Program-made: the position numbers and the translations under genes
Notes under the pieces: model-generated
Told to the model about the DNA's origin: nothing
Databases searched by the model: none
What the model saw: the letters and a program-made list of their open reading frames with translations, nothing else
DNA from: Chloroflexota bacterium
GTDB taxonomy: Bacteria; Chloroflexota; Dehalococcoidia; Lucifugimonadales; Lucifugimonadaceae
DNA: 29,758 nt
Assembly: GCA_002719295.1 (NCBI GenBank)
Contig: PBHC01000011.1
Span: 4,132-33,889, forward strand
Direction: 5' to 3'
Shown here: in pieces, positions 8,993 to 16,971 of the stretch
How positions within the stretch are numbered: the stretch's first letter is position 1
How the letters are laid out: each line of letters opens with the position of its first letter

Positions 8993-9067
8993 TCCCGAGT
9001 AGCTCAGCGGTAGAGCAGCCGACTGTTAATCGGCGGGTCACAGGTTCGAATCCTGTCTCGGGAGCCA
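8993..9067 (+). tRNA. tRNA-Asn(GTT)
   Basis: TCCCGAG...GCCGA-CT-GTT-AA-TCGGC...GGTTCGAATCC...CTCGGGA-G-CCA. Confidence 0.98.
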
Positions 9068-9094
9068 TTCAAAATCTCTAAATAACTCTTTAAA

Positions 9095-9421
9095 TTATTT
9101 ACTTGGTGGTGTGTAATTAAAATCACTAGCTTTTTTTAATGCTTCAACTCCTTCTTCTGGATCTATAAGAACTGTAGTTGAAATATTAGTAATAGCGCCA
9201 CTTGATGCTACCTTAATCAGCATAGAAGCAGCTGTAGCATTATCTGGAGCTTCAACAATAATAACCAAATCATCCTCACCAAAAGCAAGGTATCCATTTA
9301 GTAATTTACATCCCATAGCTTCCATTTGCTTACCTACAATTTCAATCCGATTTTGCGGGTTATCAATTTGATTTGCCCAAGCTTCAGATGTATAACTAGC
9401 TTTGACTAAAAACTTTGCCAT
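9095..9421 (-). CDS. GYD-domain protein
   Basis: N-terminal ASYT, YLAFGEDD(L)VIIVEAPD and closing STTVL pattern, ~100 aa; SD AAGGAG. Confidence 0.82.
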   Translation of the reverse strand: MAKFLVKASYTSEAWANQIDNPQNRIEIVGKQMEAMGCKLLNGYLAFGEDDLVIIVEAPDNATAASMLIKVASSGAITNISTTVLIDPEEGVEALKKASDFNYTPPSK

Positions 9422-9502
9422 AATTACTCCTTGTTTATTAATATTTTAAATAATATATTAGCCTATAAATATTACTTAAATATTAAATAAAATGAGGCTG
9501 TA

Positions 9503-10522
9503 TTGGAAAAAATAGGAGTTGCTCAGTGGGGTACAAAACATGGCCATGCTAAAGGTTGGCTTGATCTATTAACTAACTCTAATAAAATTGATTTCAAAGG
9601 ACTTTATGAACCTGATATCAAAAGAAAAGAAGCTTTAAATAATTCTGATGAAAAAACATGGAAGACAGTAAATTGGATTGATGATTTTGAAGAAATATTA
9701 TCAGATAAAAAAATTCAGATAATTTTTATTGAAGAATCTAATAATAAAAGCTTAGAAGTCCTAGAAAAATGTATTCAAAACAATAAAAATGTAATGCTGG
9801 ATAAACCCGCTGGTAATAATTTTAAAAAATTTGAAACATTGGCAAAACAAGCAATTGAAAAAAATCTAATTTTGGAATTAGGATATATGTTCAGACAACA
9901 TGAAGGATTTAGGAATATTGCAAATTGGGCAAAAAATGGGAATCTTGGAAAAATCTTTATGGTAAGAGCTCATATGTCTACAAATTTACCTGAAAGTAAT
10001 GAGGCAAATAATGATATTTCAAGAAGCGGGTTATCAAAATATAAAGGTGGAGTATTTTATGATTTGGCAGGTCATATGATTGATCAAATATGCTGGATTC
10101 AAGGGAGACCTCAAAAAATAAAAAGCTTCTTTATGAACTCAGATTCTAAAGATAAAGGCTTTTCAGATAATACGATTTCTATCTTTAAGTATGATGAATC
10201 AATGACAATAATTGATATTGCGGCAATGGAAACAAAGCCTATGGCTAGAAGATTTGAAGTATATGGGACAAAAGGATCTGCAATCATGGAACCTTTTGAA
10301 CCTGCTGAAAATATCAGACTAACCTTAGACGAGCCTTTTGAAAAATATTCTAAAGGTGAAAATATAGTAACAATAAAAGATGTTCCAAGATATGATAAAC
10401 CTTTTGAATTATTTATTGATAGAGTTATGAATAATTCAAAACCAATAAGGTCTTTGGATCATGAAATTTTAGTACAAGAAACGTTAATGAGAGCAACAGG
10501 AGACATAAATGAAGAAATATAA
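9503..10522 (+). CDS. Gfo/Idh/MocA-family oxidoreductase
   Basis: N-terminal Rossmann-like region with DKP, GYMFR, GGVFYDLAGHMID and EVYGTKG motifs; TTG start with SD GAGG. Confidence 0.88.
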   Translation: MEKIGVAQWGTKHGHAKGWLDLLTNSNKIDFKGLYEPDIKRKEALNNSDEKTWKTVNWIDDFEEILSDKKIQIIFIEESNNKSLEVLEKCIQNNKNVMLDKPAGNNFKKFETLAKQAIEKNLILELGYMFRQHEGFRNIANWAKNGNLGKIFMVRAHMSTNLPESNEANNDISRSGLSKYKGGVFYDLAGHMIDQICWIQGRPQKIKSFFMNSDSKDKGFSDNTISIFKYDESMTIIDIAAMETKPMARRFEVYGTKGSAIMEPFEPAENIRLTLDEPFEKYSKGENIVTIKDVPRYDKPFELFIDRVMNNSKPIRSLDHEILVQETLMRATGDINEEI

Positions 10523-11663
10523 AGCAGCAATTGTAGGGTGCGGTGGTATTGGACATGCTCATATGCAAGGTTATCAAAAATTAAGCAATATAGAAGTTAT
10601 AGCTTGTTGCGACACTGTTCCTAATGCTGTGAATTACTACCAGAAAGAATTTAATATTCCACAAGGATTTACAGATCTTGATGAAATGCTATCAGTAGCG
10701 AAACCTGAAATAGTTTCTGTTTGTGTTTGGCATCTTCTCCATGATGAAATCACCATTAAACTATCTGAATCTCCATTCGTAAAAGGAATTATTTGTGAAA
10801 AACCAATGGCTATAGGTGTAGATAAAGCAAACTCAATGGTTGAAGCTTGCAAAAAAAATAACACAAAATTAGTTATTTCACATCAAAGAAGATTTACTCC
10901 TGGATGGAATAAAGCTAAAGAATTAGTAGAAAAAGGAGAAATTGGAAAACCAACTAGAGGTGAACTAAGAGTAAAAGACGGATTATTAAATTGGGGAACT
11001 CATTCTATAGACGGAGCAAGGTATATTTTAGGCGATCCAAAAGCAAAATGGGTTGTAGGTTCTGTAGAAAGATATTCTAATAAATATGAAAGAGACACGC
11101 CTATTGAAGATTCTTGTACAGGATTAATTCATTTTGAAAATGATTTACAGTTTTTTATTCAATCTGACCTAATGGATAATGATTGTGATGCTGGTAAATT
11201 TGAAATTTATGGAACTGAAGGTTTTTTAAAAATAACTGAAACTGAGGTAAAAATATTTAATAAGAATTCTAATGGATGGAAAGATGTTGAACTAAATTTG
11301 AAAGAAGATGATGTAGCCATAGGAGGGAATACTAATGCTGCTCAAACTGAAGAGTTGATTGATTGGATCGAGGGTGGAAAAAAACATAGAGGCGCCGGAG
11401 ATATTGCAGCTGAAACAGTAGAGATTATGATGGGGATATATGAATCAGCAAGAATAAATAGAGTAGTAAATTTTCCTCTAAATGCAAAAGGTTACCCTCT
11501 ACAAACTATGATAAATGAAGGTCAATTGAAATTAGAATCTAATGAAAAATACGATATCAGAGGTTTCTTGAAAAGAGAAAACATTGATGAGAATCTTTAC
11601 TCAAGACTTCGTGACGATGGTTTGTCTCATCACGAAGCAATGAGAACTATTAACAATAATTAG
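10509..11663 (+). CDS. Gfo/Idh/MocA-family oxidoreductase
   Basis: GCGGIG, CEKP, HQRRF, GTHSID and EIYGTEG motifs; overlaps the upstream paralog by 14 nt. Confidence 0.92.
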   Translation: MKKYKAAIVGCGGIGHAHMQGYQKLSNIEVIACCDTVPNAVNYYQKEFNIPQGFTDLDEMLSVAKPEIVSVCVWHLLHDEITIKLSESPFVKGIICEKPMAIGVDKANSMVEACKKNNTKLVISHQRRFTPGWNKAKELVEKGEIGKPTRGELRVKDGLLNWGTHSIDGARYILGDPKAKWVVGSVERYSNKYERDTPIEDSCTGLIHFENDLQFFIQSDLMDNDCDAGKFEIYGTEGFLKITETEVKIFNKNSNGWKDVELNLKEDDVAIGGNTNAAQTEELIDWIEGGKKHRGAGDIAAETVEIMMGIYESARINRVVNFPLNAKGYPLQTMINEGQLKLESNEKYDIRGFLKRENIDENLYSRLRDDGLSHHEAMRTINNN

Positions 11664-11666
11664 ATT

Positions 11667-12452
11667 TTATTTTTTTGAAGATCTTATTAGATTTATTGCC
11701 AAAATAACTATAAGAATAAACCAAACTAATTGAGATATACTAAATATTCTATATCCCCATTCAGTGTTCACTTTCCATATAATATTTAGCACTAAAAATA
11801 ATAGACCTGAAATTAAGAATCCAAATCCTGTAATATTGTTCATTAATTGACTTAAGTAATAATTTCCTGATCTCAATATTAAAACTCCAATTAAAGCTGT
11901 GGCAATATAAAAAACATATCCTGCTACTGATAATAGACCCCAAAATAAACTATACAAAGCAGCAGATGAGGAACCCGCAATTATAGAATTAATAGTTGCA
12001 ACACTTTCTGCTTGAGCTGCTTGAAACATTACAGCTTGATCTCCAGATTGACTTGCTTGAGCTGCTGCTTGAGTTGCTTGTTGAGCCATACCATAAGCTT
12101 TCATATTTAGCTCAGCAGCACCTGCAAATGCAGTTCCAACAGATATTACCGAAAGAAACAATACAACTGCAGCGATATTCAATGCCACAAAGATATACTT
12201 CATATTGTTCTCTCTATTTCCAACATTATTATATAAAGCTAATATTCCATATAGAAATATAATTAAACCAAGTCCAATAACCGCTAGAAAATATTGCACA
12301 GAATCTGAATTTGATCCGTAATTTTCTGTAAAAATATTGACTTCTGTTACATTTTTTGTAAAAACGTCAAGATTTCCAGGAATCAAAAAATTAAATACTA
12401 AAATTATTAAACTTCCTAGTAAAAGACTCGAGCCTGTTACAAGTTTTGACAT
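11667..12452 (-). CDS. Uncharacterised ~6-TM membrane protein with an Ala/Gln-rich central insert
   Basis: Hydrophobic segments flanking AQQATQAAAQASQSGDQA; SD GAGGG. Resembles 3770-4450. Confidence 0.85.
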   Translation of the reverse strand: MSKLVTGSSLLLGSLIILVFNFLIPGNLDVFTKNVTEVNIFTENYGSNSDSVQYFLAVIGLGLIIFLYGILALYNNVGNRENNMKYIFVALNIAAVVLFLSVISVGTAFAGAAELNMKAYGMAQQATQAAAQASQSGDQAVMFQAAQAESVATINSIIAGSSSAALYSLFWGLLSVAGYVFYIATALIGVLILRSGNYYLSQLMNNITGFGFLISGLLFLVLNIIWKVNTEWGYRIFSISQLVWFILIVILAINLIRSSKK

Positions 12453-12580
12453 AAAAACCCTCTCAATTAAATTTTTGGATACTAAAGTATTGCATTTATA
12501 AATTTAAAAGCAACAAAACCTTAAGTATTTATTAGATGCAATAAACATTAAATTTATTTACAATTAGCATATATTAATAA

Positions 12581-13600
12581 ATGAGAGTAAATATGAATAA
12601 AGATTTTTTTGTTTCAAATTCCCCTGGTATATTATTTTGTGCGTTTTTAGCAGTTATAATTCATATTGTTTTCACTCAAATTGAAACAAAAATAGTAGAT
12701 ACCCTTCTTACGGGCTTATTAATAGGAGTTATATTAAAAAACTTTAAAGTTCCTTTAGGTAGATTTGAAAAAGGAGTGAAATTCTCAGGCAAACATATCT
12801 TAGAATTTGCAGTAATGTTAATGGGCGCAAGCATTTTTTTACCTGATCTTTTTGAAAATGGATTTAAGATTTTTTTAGTTATAGTTTTCGGAATAATTGG
12901 ATCAATGTTAATTTCTTATATCTTAGGACATAAAATATTTAAATTAGACAAGAAATTAGCCACTTTGGTTGGTGTTGGAAATTCAATTTGTGGCAATTCA
13001 GCTGTAGCAGTTGTGGCACCTGTAATTAAAGCAAATTCAACTCAGATAGGGGCAGCTATTGGTATAAGTGCAATATTAGGAGCTAGTCAAATCATTCTAT
13101 TACCATTATTAGTACCTGTTTTTGGATTAGAAGATTTTCAATATGGAATAGTTGCAGGTCTATCTGTATATGCTGTAGCTCAGGTTGTAGCAGCATCATC
13201 AATTATAAGTCCTATGTCAGCTGATGTAGCTACTTTGGTCAAATTAACAAGAGTAATTTTATTAGCACCATTAGTATTAGTTCTTAGAGTTTTTTTCAAA
13301 TCAGAAAATGATGAAAATAAAGATAATAATTTTTCATCAAGTATACTAAAATTTTTACCTTGGTTTGTAATCGGATTTATTATTTTATCAGCACTAAGAA
13401 GTATAGAAATTTTTGACAAAGATCTTGGATTAAACATAAGAAGCTTTGCAAAGTATTTATTCGTATTGTCAATGGTTGCAATTGGATTAACTGTAGACCT
13501 TAAGGAAATTGCTAAAGTGGGTCCAAAAGTAGCTTTCACAATCATTGCAATAATTGTTTTTATGATAACTTTGGGTATTGTTTCATCAAATTTTATTTAA
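12581..13600 (+). CDS. YeiH/UPF0324 putative sulfate exporter family membrane protein
   Basis: GNSICGNSAV, YAVAQVVAA, ATLVKLTRV and PWFVIGF motifs. Confidence 0.9.
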   Translation: MRVNMNKDFFVSNSPGILFCAFLAVIIHIVFTQIETKIVDTLLTGLLIGVILKNFKVPLGRFEKGVKFSGKHILEFAVMLMGASIFLPDLFENGFKIFLVIVFGIIGSMLISYILGHKIFKLDKKLATLVGVGNSICGNSAVAVVAPVIKANSTQIGAAIGISAILGASQIILLPLLVPVFGLEDFQYGIVAGLSVYAVAQVVAASSIISPMSADVATLVKLTRVILLAPLVLVLRVFFKSENDENKDNNFSSSILKFLPWFVIGFIILSALRSIEIFDKDLGLNIRSFAKYLFVLSMVAIGLTVDLKEIAKVGPKVAFTIIAIIVFMITLGIVSSNFI

Positions 13601-15387
13601 GATATTAGAAATATAGCACTATCCGCATTTAAGTTTGGATCATTATCTATTTGCTTGTTATTTATAGTATCCAAATACAAAGATTCTTCAATATTGATAT
13701 TTTTTTCATTACAGAATTCCTTAAAATCATCAATTGAAGGGAATCTTACATTAGGTGTGTCGTACCAATTATATCCATACCATCCCTTAACTTTTGGAGC
13801 CTTGCCTTCATTAAAAAACATTTCTCTCATAGGCTTGAAGGCAAAATTTGGGAAAGAAACTATGCTGTATTTTGAGACTCTGGTCATCTGTTTTAATATT
13901 TTTTCAACATTTTTTATAGATTGAAGAGTTTGAGATAAAACAGCAACATCAAATTGTTCATCATAAAATTTCAATAAAATGCTATCTAAATCACTATGAA
14001 CTACTTGGATATCACTAGAAACACATTCAATAACATTATTTTGATTGATCTCGACACCTAAGGTGTTTTTAAATCCAAAACTAGTTAAATTATTAATTAA
14101 TTCTCCATTTTCACATCCAAGATCTAAAACGCTTGAATTCTTAGGAATCAAGTCTGAAATATACTGAAAATCAATCCTGTTTGTTAATCCTAATTTTACT
14201 TTAGTATTTATATTTTTCTTCTTTGTAGCTTTCTTATTAACATTTAAGGCATTATTAAAAAATGATCTAGTAATTTCTCCATACGAATCAATATCTGTAC
14301 TTAATAAAAAAGCATCATGGCCTGCATTTGATTTAATATTGCAATATGAAACATTTTTTGATTCTGATAAAAGAGCATCTACTAAATCAAATGATTGATA
14401 AGGAGGATATAACCAGTCACTAGAAAAACTTATTATCATCCATTTACATGATGAATTTGAAAGACTATTTTTTAGTTCTTTTTTTTCACTGCCTAAATCA
14501 AAAAGGTCTAAAGCTGTAGATAAAGTAACGTAACTATTTGCATCAAAGCGTTCAACAAATCTTTCTCCCTGATATGCTAAGTAACTTCCCACTGAAAATT
14601 TCTTTTCAAAACTTGTTGTTATTTCTCTAGGGTTATTTCTATCAATTTCAAATTTTTCATTCATAGATTCTCTAGATAAATATGTTATGTGCCCTAGCAT
14701 TCTAGCCAAAGCAAGTCCAACATCTGGTTTTTTTTCATCATCATAATAATTTCCAGCATTAAAATTTGGATCACTAATTATTGCATTTCTAGCAACAACA
14801 TCAAATGCTAATCCTTGAGTTGTCAATCTAGGAGAAGAAGCAATTGGGAAACATGTTTTTATCATTTCTGGATATTGAGTAGCCCATTCTAAACACTGGA
14901 AACCTCCTAATGACCCTCCAACAACTCCTAATAATTGCTTTATCTCTAAGTTATCAATTAAAGTTTTTTGTAATGAAACCATGTCTTTAATTGTGATCAC
15001 AGGAAAATCTGCGCCATAATAATCATTTGTTTTAGGGTTTTTCGAATTAGGACCCGTTGTCCCTCTGCAACTTCCCAAAACATTTGAGCATATAACAAAA
15101 TATTTATTTGTATCTATAGGTTTACCAGGTCCAACCATTATGTCCCACCAACCAGGTAAATCATTTTCGTCATGTTTTGCTACATGAGAATCTCCAGTAA
15201 TAGCATGACAAATCAAAATACAATTACTTTTATCAGAATTTAATTGACCATATGTTTCATAAGCTATTTCAACTTTTTCTAAACTGCCACCTCGTTCAAG
15301 TTTTAGGGTGTCATGAACCTCAAGTTTTCTTATATATTTAGAAAACTTATGAGTTCTTTGGTCATCTGAATTATTTATTTTTTCCAA
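13597..15387 (-). CDS. metX: Homoserine O-acyltransferase MetX fused to a C-terminal MetW (SAM-methyltransferase-like) domain
   Basis: CHAITG, GGSLGG, LARMLGHITYLS, SDWLYP and GHDAFL; a Lys-rich linker; then VLDLGCENG, VLSQTLQ, IVSFPNF and WYDTPN of MetW. Confidence 0.93.
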   Translation of the reverse strand: MEKINNSDDQRTHKFSKYIRKLEVHDTLKLERGGSLEKVEIAYETYGQLNSDKSNCILICHAITGDSHVAKHDENDLPGWWDIMVGPGKPIDTNKYFVICSNVLGSCRGTTGPNSKNPKTNDYYGADFPVITIKDMVSLQKTLIDNLEIKQLLGVVGGSLGGFQCLEWATQYPEMIKTCFPIASSPRLTTQGLAFDVVARNAIISDPNFNAGNYYDDEKKPDVGLALARMLGHITYLSRESMNEKFEIDRNNPREITTSFEKKFSVGSYLAYQGERFVERFDANSYVTLSTALDLFDLGSEKKELKNSLSNSSCKWMIISFSSDWLYPPYQSFDLVDALLSESKNVSYCNIKSNAGHDAFLLSTDIDSYGEITRSFFNNALNVNKKATKKKNINTKVKLGLTNRIDFQYISDLIPKNSSVLDLGCENGELINNLTSFGFKNTLGVEINQNNVIECVSSDIQVVHSDLDSILLKFYDEQFDVAVLSQTLQSIKNVEKILKQMTRVSKYSIVSFPNFAFKPMREMFFNEGKAPKVKGWYGYNWYDTPNVRFPSIDDFKEFCNEKNINIEESLYLDTINNKQIDNDPNLNADSAIFLIS

Positions 15388-15399
15388 AATTTTCCTCTT

Positions 15400-15432
15400 T
15401 TATTCAGCCCTAGAAAAACTAGGGCTGAATAA
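15400..15432. other. Perfect 14-bp hairpin between metY and metX
   Basis: TTATTCAGCCCTAG-AAAAA-CTAGGGCTGAATAA. No U-tract on the coding (minus) strand; abuts the metX SD. Confidence 0.85.
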
Positions 15433-15438
15433 TATTAT

Positions 15439-16725
15439 TTAAGATAAAGCTTGATTTATATCATTCTTTATATCTTCAACATTTTCTAACCCAATTGATA
15501 GTCTAATATATTCTGGGCTAACACCTGTTTCTGCTTGTTCTTCTGCGCTTAGCTGAGAATGAGTAGTAGAAGCTGGGTGAATAACTAATGTTCTTGCATC
15601 ACCTATATTTGCAACGTGACTAAGTAATTTTACATTATCAATAAACTTAACAGCAGCTTCTTTTCCTCCCTTAATCCCAAATCCAATAATAGCACCTTTA
15701 CCATCAGGTAAATATTTATTAGCACTATCAAAATCTTTATGAGATTTTAGACCAGGATAGTTTACCCAATCAACATTATCATGGCTCTCTAGATATTCTG
15801 CTATTGCTTGAGCATTTTCACAATGTCTTTCCATCCTCAGATGTAGAGTTTCTAGTCCTTGAATTGTGACCCAAGCTGCAAATGGACTCATAGAAGCTCC
15901 TGTATCTCTTAGCCAGTGTGTCCTTATGTGAACTAAATAAACTAAATTACCTAAAGGCCTTAAAGCTTCTTCTAAAACCGCTCCATGATATGAAGGTGAA
16001 GGAGAACAAAATTCTGGCCATTTTTCAGGGTTATCTGCCCACTTGAAATTTCCACTATCAACTATAACTCCTCCTATATGTGCTCCATGTCCTCCAATAA
16101 ATTTAGTAGTTGAATGAATAACTATATCTACACCATGTTCAAATGGTCTTAGTAAAAACGGAGTCATTACGGTATTATCACAAATAACAGGTAATCCATT
16201 TTCATGACTTATTTTTGAAATATTTTCAAAATCTGGAACATCATTTTTTGGATTCCCTAAAGATTCAAAATAAACACATCTAGAATTTTCATCAACTAGT
16301 TCATTTATCTTTTCTGGTTCTGATGGATCAAAGAATCTTACCTCTATTCCAAGTTTTTCGAAAGTTTGTGTAAACAGAGTCCATGTGCCTCCGTATAAAC
16401 TTGTTGAGGAAATTATATTTTGACCACTATGAGCAATAGTTAATATTGCTGCATTTATAGCAGCTTGCCCTGATGAAAAAGAAAGAGCATAAATTCCTCC
16501 ATCCAAAGCTGCAATTCTTTTCTCAAGCACATCATTAGTTGGATTCATCAATCTGGAATAAATATTTCCAAATTCTGCTAATCCAAATAAATTTGCTGCA
16601 TGCTCAGAATCATTAAATGTATATGATGTTGTGGGATATATAGGTACCGCCCTAGAATTAGTAGTAGGGTCGGGATCATATCCTGCATGTAATGCAAGTG
16701 TTTCTCTTTTATAGTTGTCTGTCAT
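15439..16725 (-). CDS. metY: O-acetylhomoserine aminocarboxypropyltransferase (sulfhydrylase)
   Basis: RAVPIY, GNIYSRLMNPT, HSTTKFIGGHG (PLP lysine) and ANIGDARTLVIHPASTTHSQL motifs; SD AAGGAG at 16737-16732. Confidence 0.95.
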   Translation of the reverse strand: MTDNYKRETLALHAGYDPDPTTNSRAVPIYPTTSYTFNDSEHAANLFGLAEFGNIYSRLMNPTNDVLEKRIAALDGGIYALSFSSGQAAINAAILTIAHSGQNIISSTSLYGGTWTLFTQTFEKLGIEVRFFDPSEPEKINELVDENSRCVYFESLGNPKNDVPDFENISKISHENGLPVICDNTVMTPFLLRPFEHGVDIVIHSTTKFIGGHGAHIGGVIVDSGNFKWADNPEKWPEFCSPSPSYHGAVLEEALRPLGNLVYLVHIRTHWLRDTGASMSPFAAWVTIQGLETLHLRMERHCENAQAIAEYLESHDNVDWVNYPGLKSHKDFDSANKYLPDGKGAIIGFGIKGGKEAAVKFIDNVKLLSHVANIGDARTLVIHPASTTHSQLSAEEQAETGVSPEYIRLSIGLENVEDIKNDINQALS

Positions 16726-16743
16726 TTTTTTCTCCTTTTAAAC

Positions 16744-16767
16744 AAAAAAACCCCCTTTTGGGGGTTT
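16744..16767 (-). terminator. Attenuator terminator in the metY 5' leader
   Basis: mRNA AAACCCCC-AAAA-GGGGG-UUUUUUU, lying between the leader ORF stop and the metY SD. Confidence 0.88.
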
Positions 16768-16806
16768 GCTAATTTTTTTTTTAGATCTAAATACTACATC
16801 ACAAAA

Positions 16807-16875
16807 CTAGGCTTCCCCCTCCGAGAAAGTCATCATCATCATGTTCATGTTCATTGTAAATCTAAATAATTCCAT
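16807..16875 (-). CDS. Methionine-rich leader peptide MELFRFTMNMNMMMMTFSEGEA (22 aa)
   Basis: ATG GAA TTA TTT AGA TTT ACA ATG AAC ATG AAC ATG ATG ATG ATG ACT TTC TCG GAG GGG GAA GCC TAG: six internal Met codons within eight positions, directly upstream of metY. Confidence 0.88.
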   Translation of the reverse strand: MELFRFTMNMNMMMMTFSEGEA

Positions 16876-16882
16876 AAAAAGA

Positions 16883-16912
16883 AGTATATTACGAAAAAAT
16901 AAACTTTGTCAA
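16883..16912 (-). promoter_or_regulatory. Sigma70-type promoter of the met operon
   Basis: TTGACA (16912-16907), 18-nt spacer, TATACT (16888-16883), then 7 nt to the leader ATG at 16875. Confidence 0.8.
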
Positions 16913-16971
16913 ACGAAAATAAAAAATAAAGTTTATAATTAGAATATTTTAAAAGTATTTTCTTACCATTT

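Noticed and set aside
4673..9067. CGGGAGCCA at the 3' ends of both tRNA-Gln and tRNA-Asn as att repeats of an island
   Set aside because: Both are complete tRNAs whose similar acceptor stems (U1-A72, G73, CCA) explain the match. No integrase is present and the intervening genes are ordinary.
16831..16869. Plus-strand reading of the CAT run as a His-rich leader (HHHHVHVHC)
   Set aside because: No start codon in that frame within the intergenic region and no his genes downstream. The promoter, terminator polarity and metY all fit the minus-strand Met reading.
16726..16971. SAM riboswitch or T-box upstream of metY
   Set aside because: No SAM-I core (AUCNAGAG) or T-box (GGUGGNACC) motif is visible, and the leader is fully accounted for by the sORF and hairpins. 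An Rfam scan would confirm.
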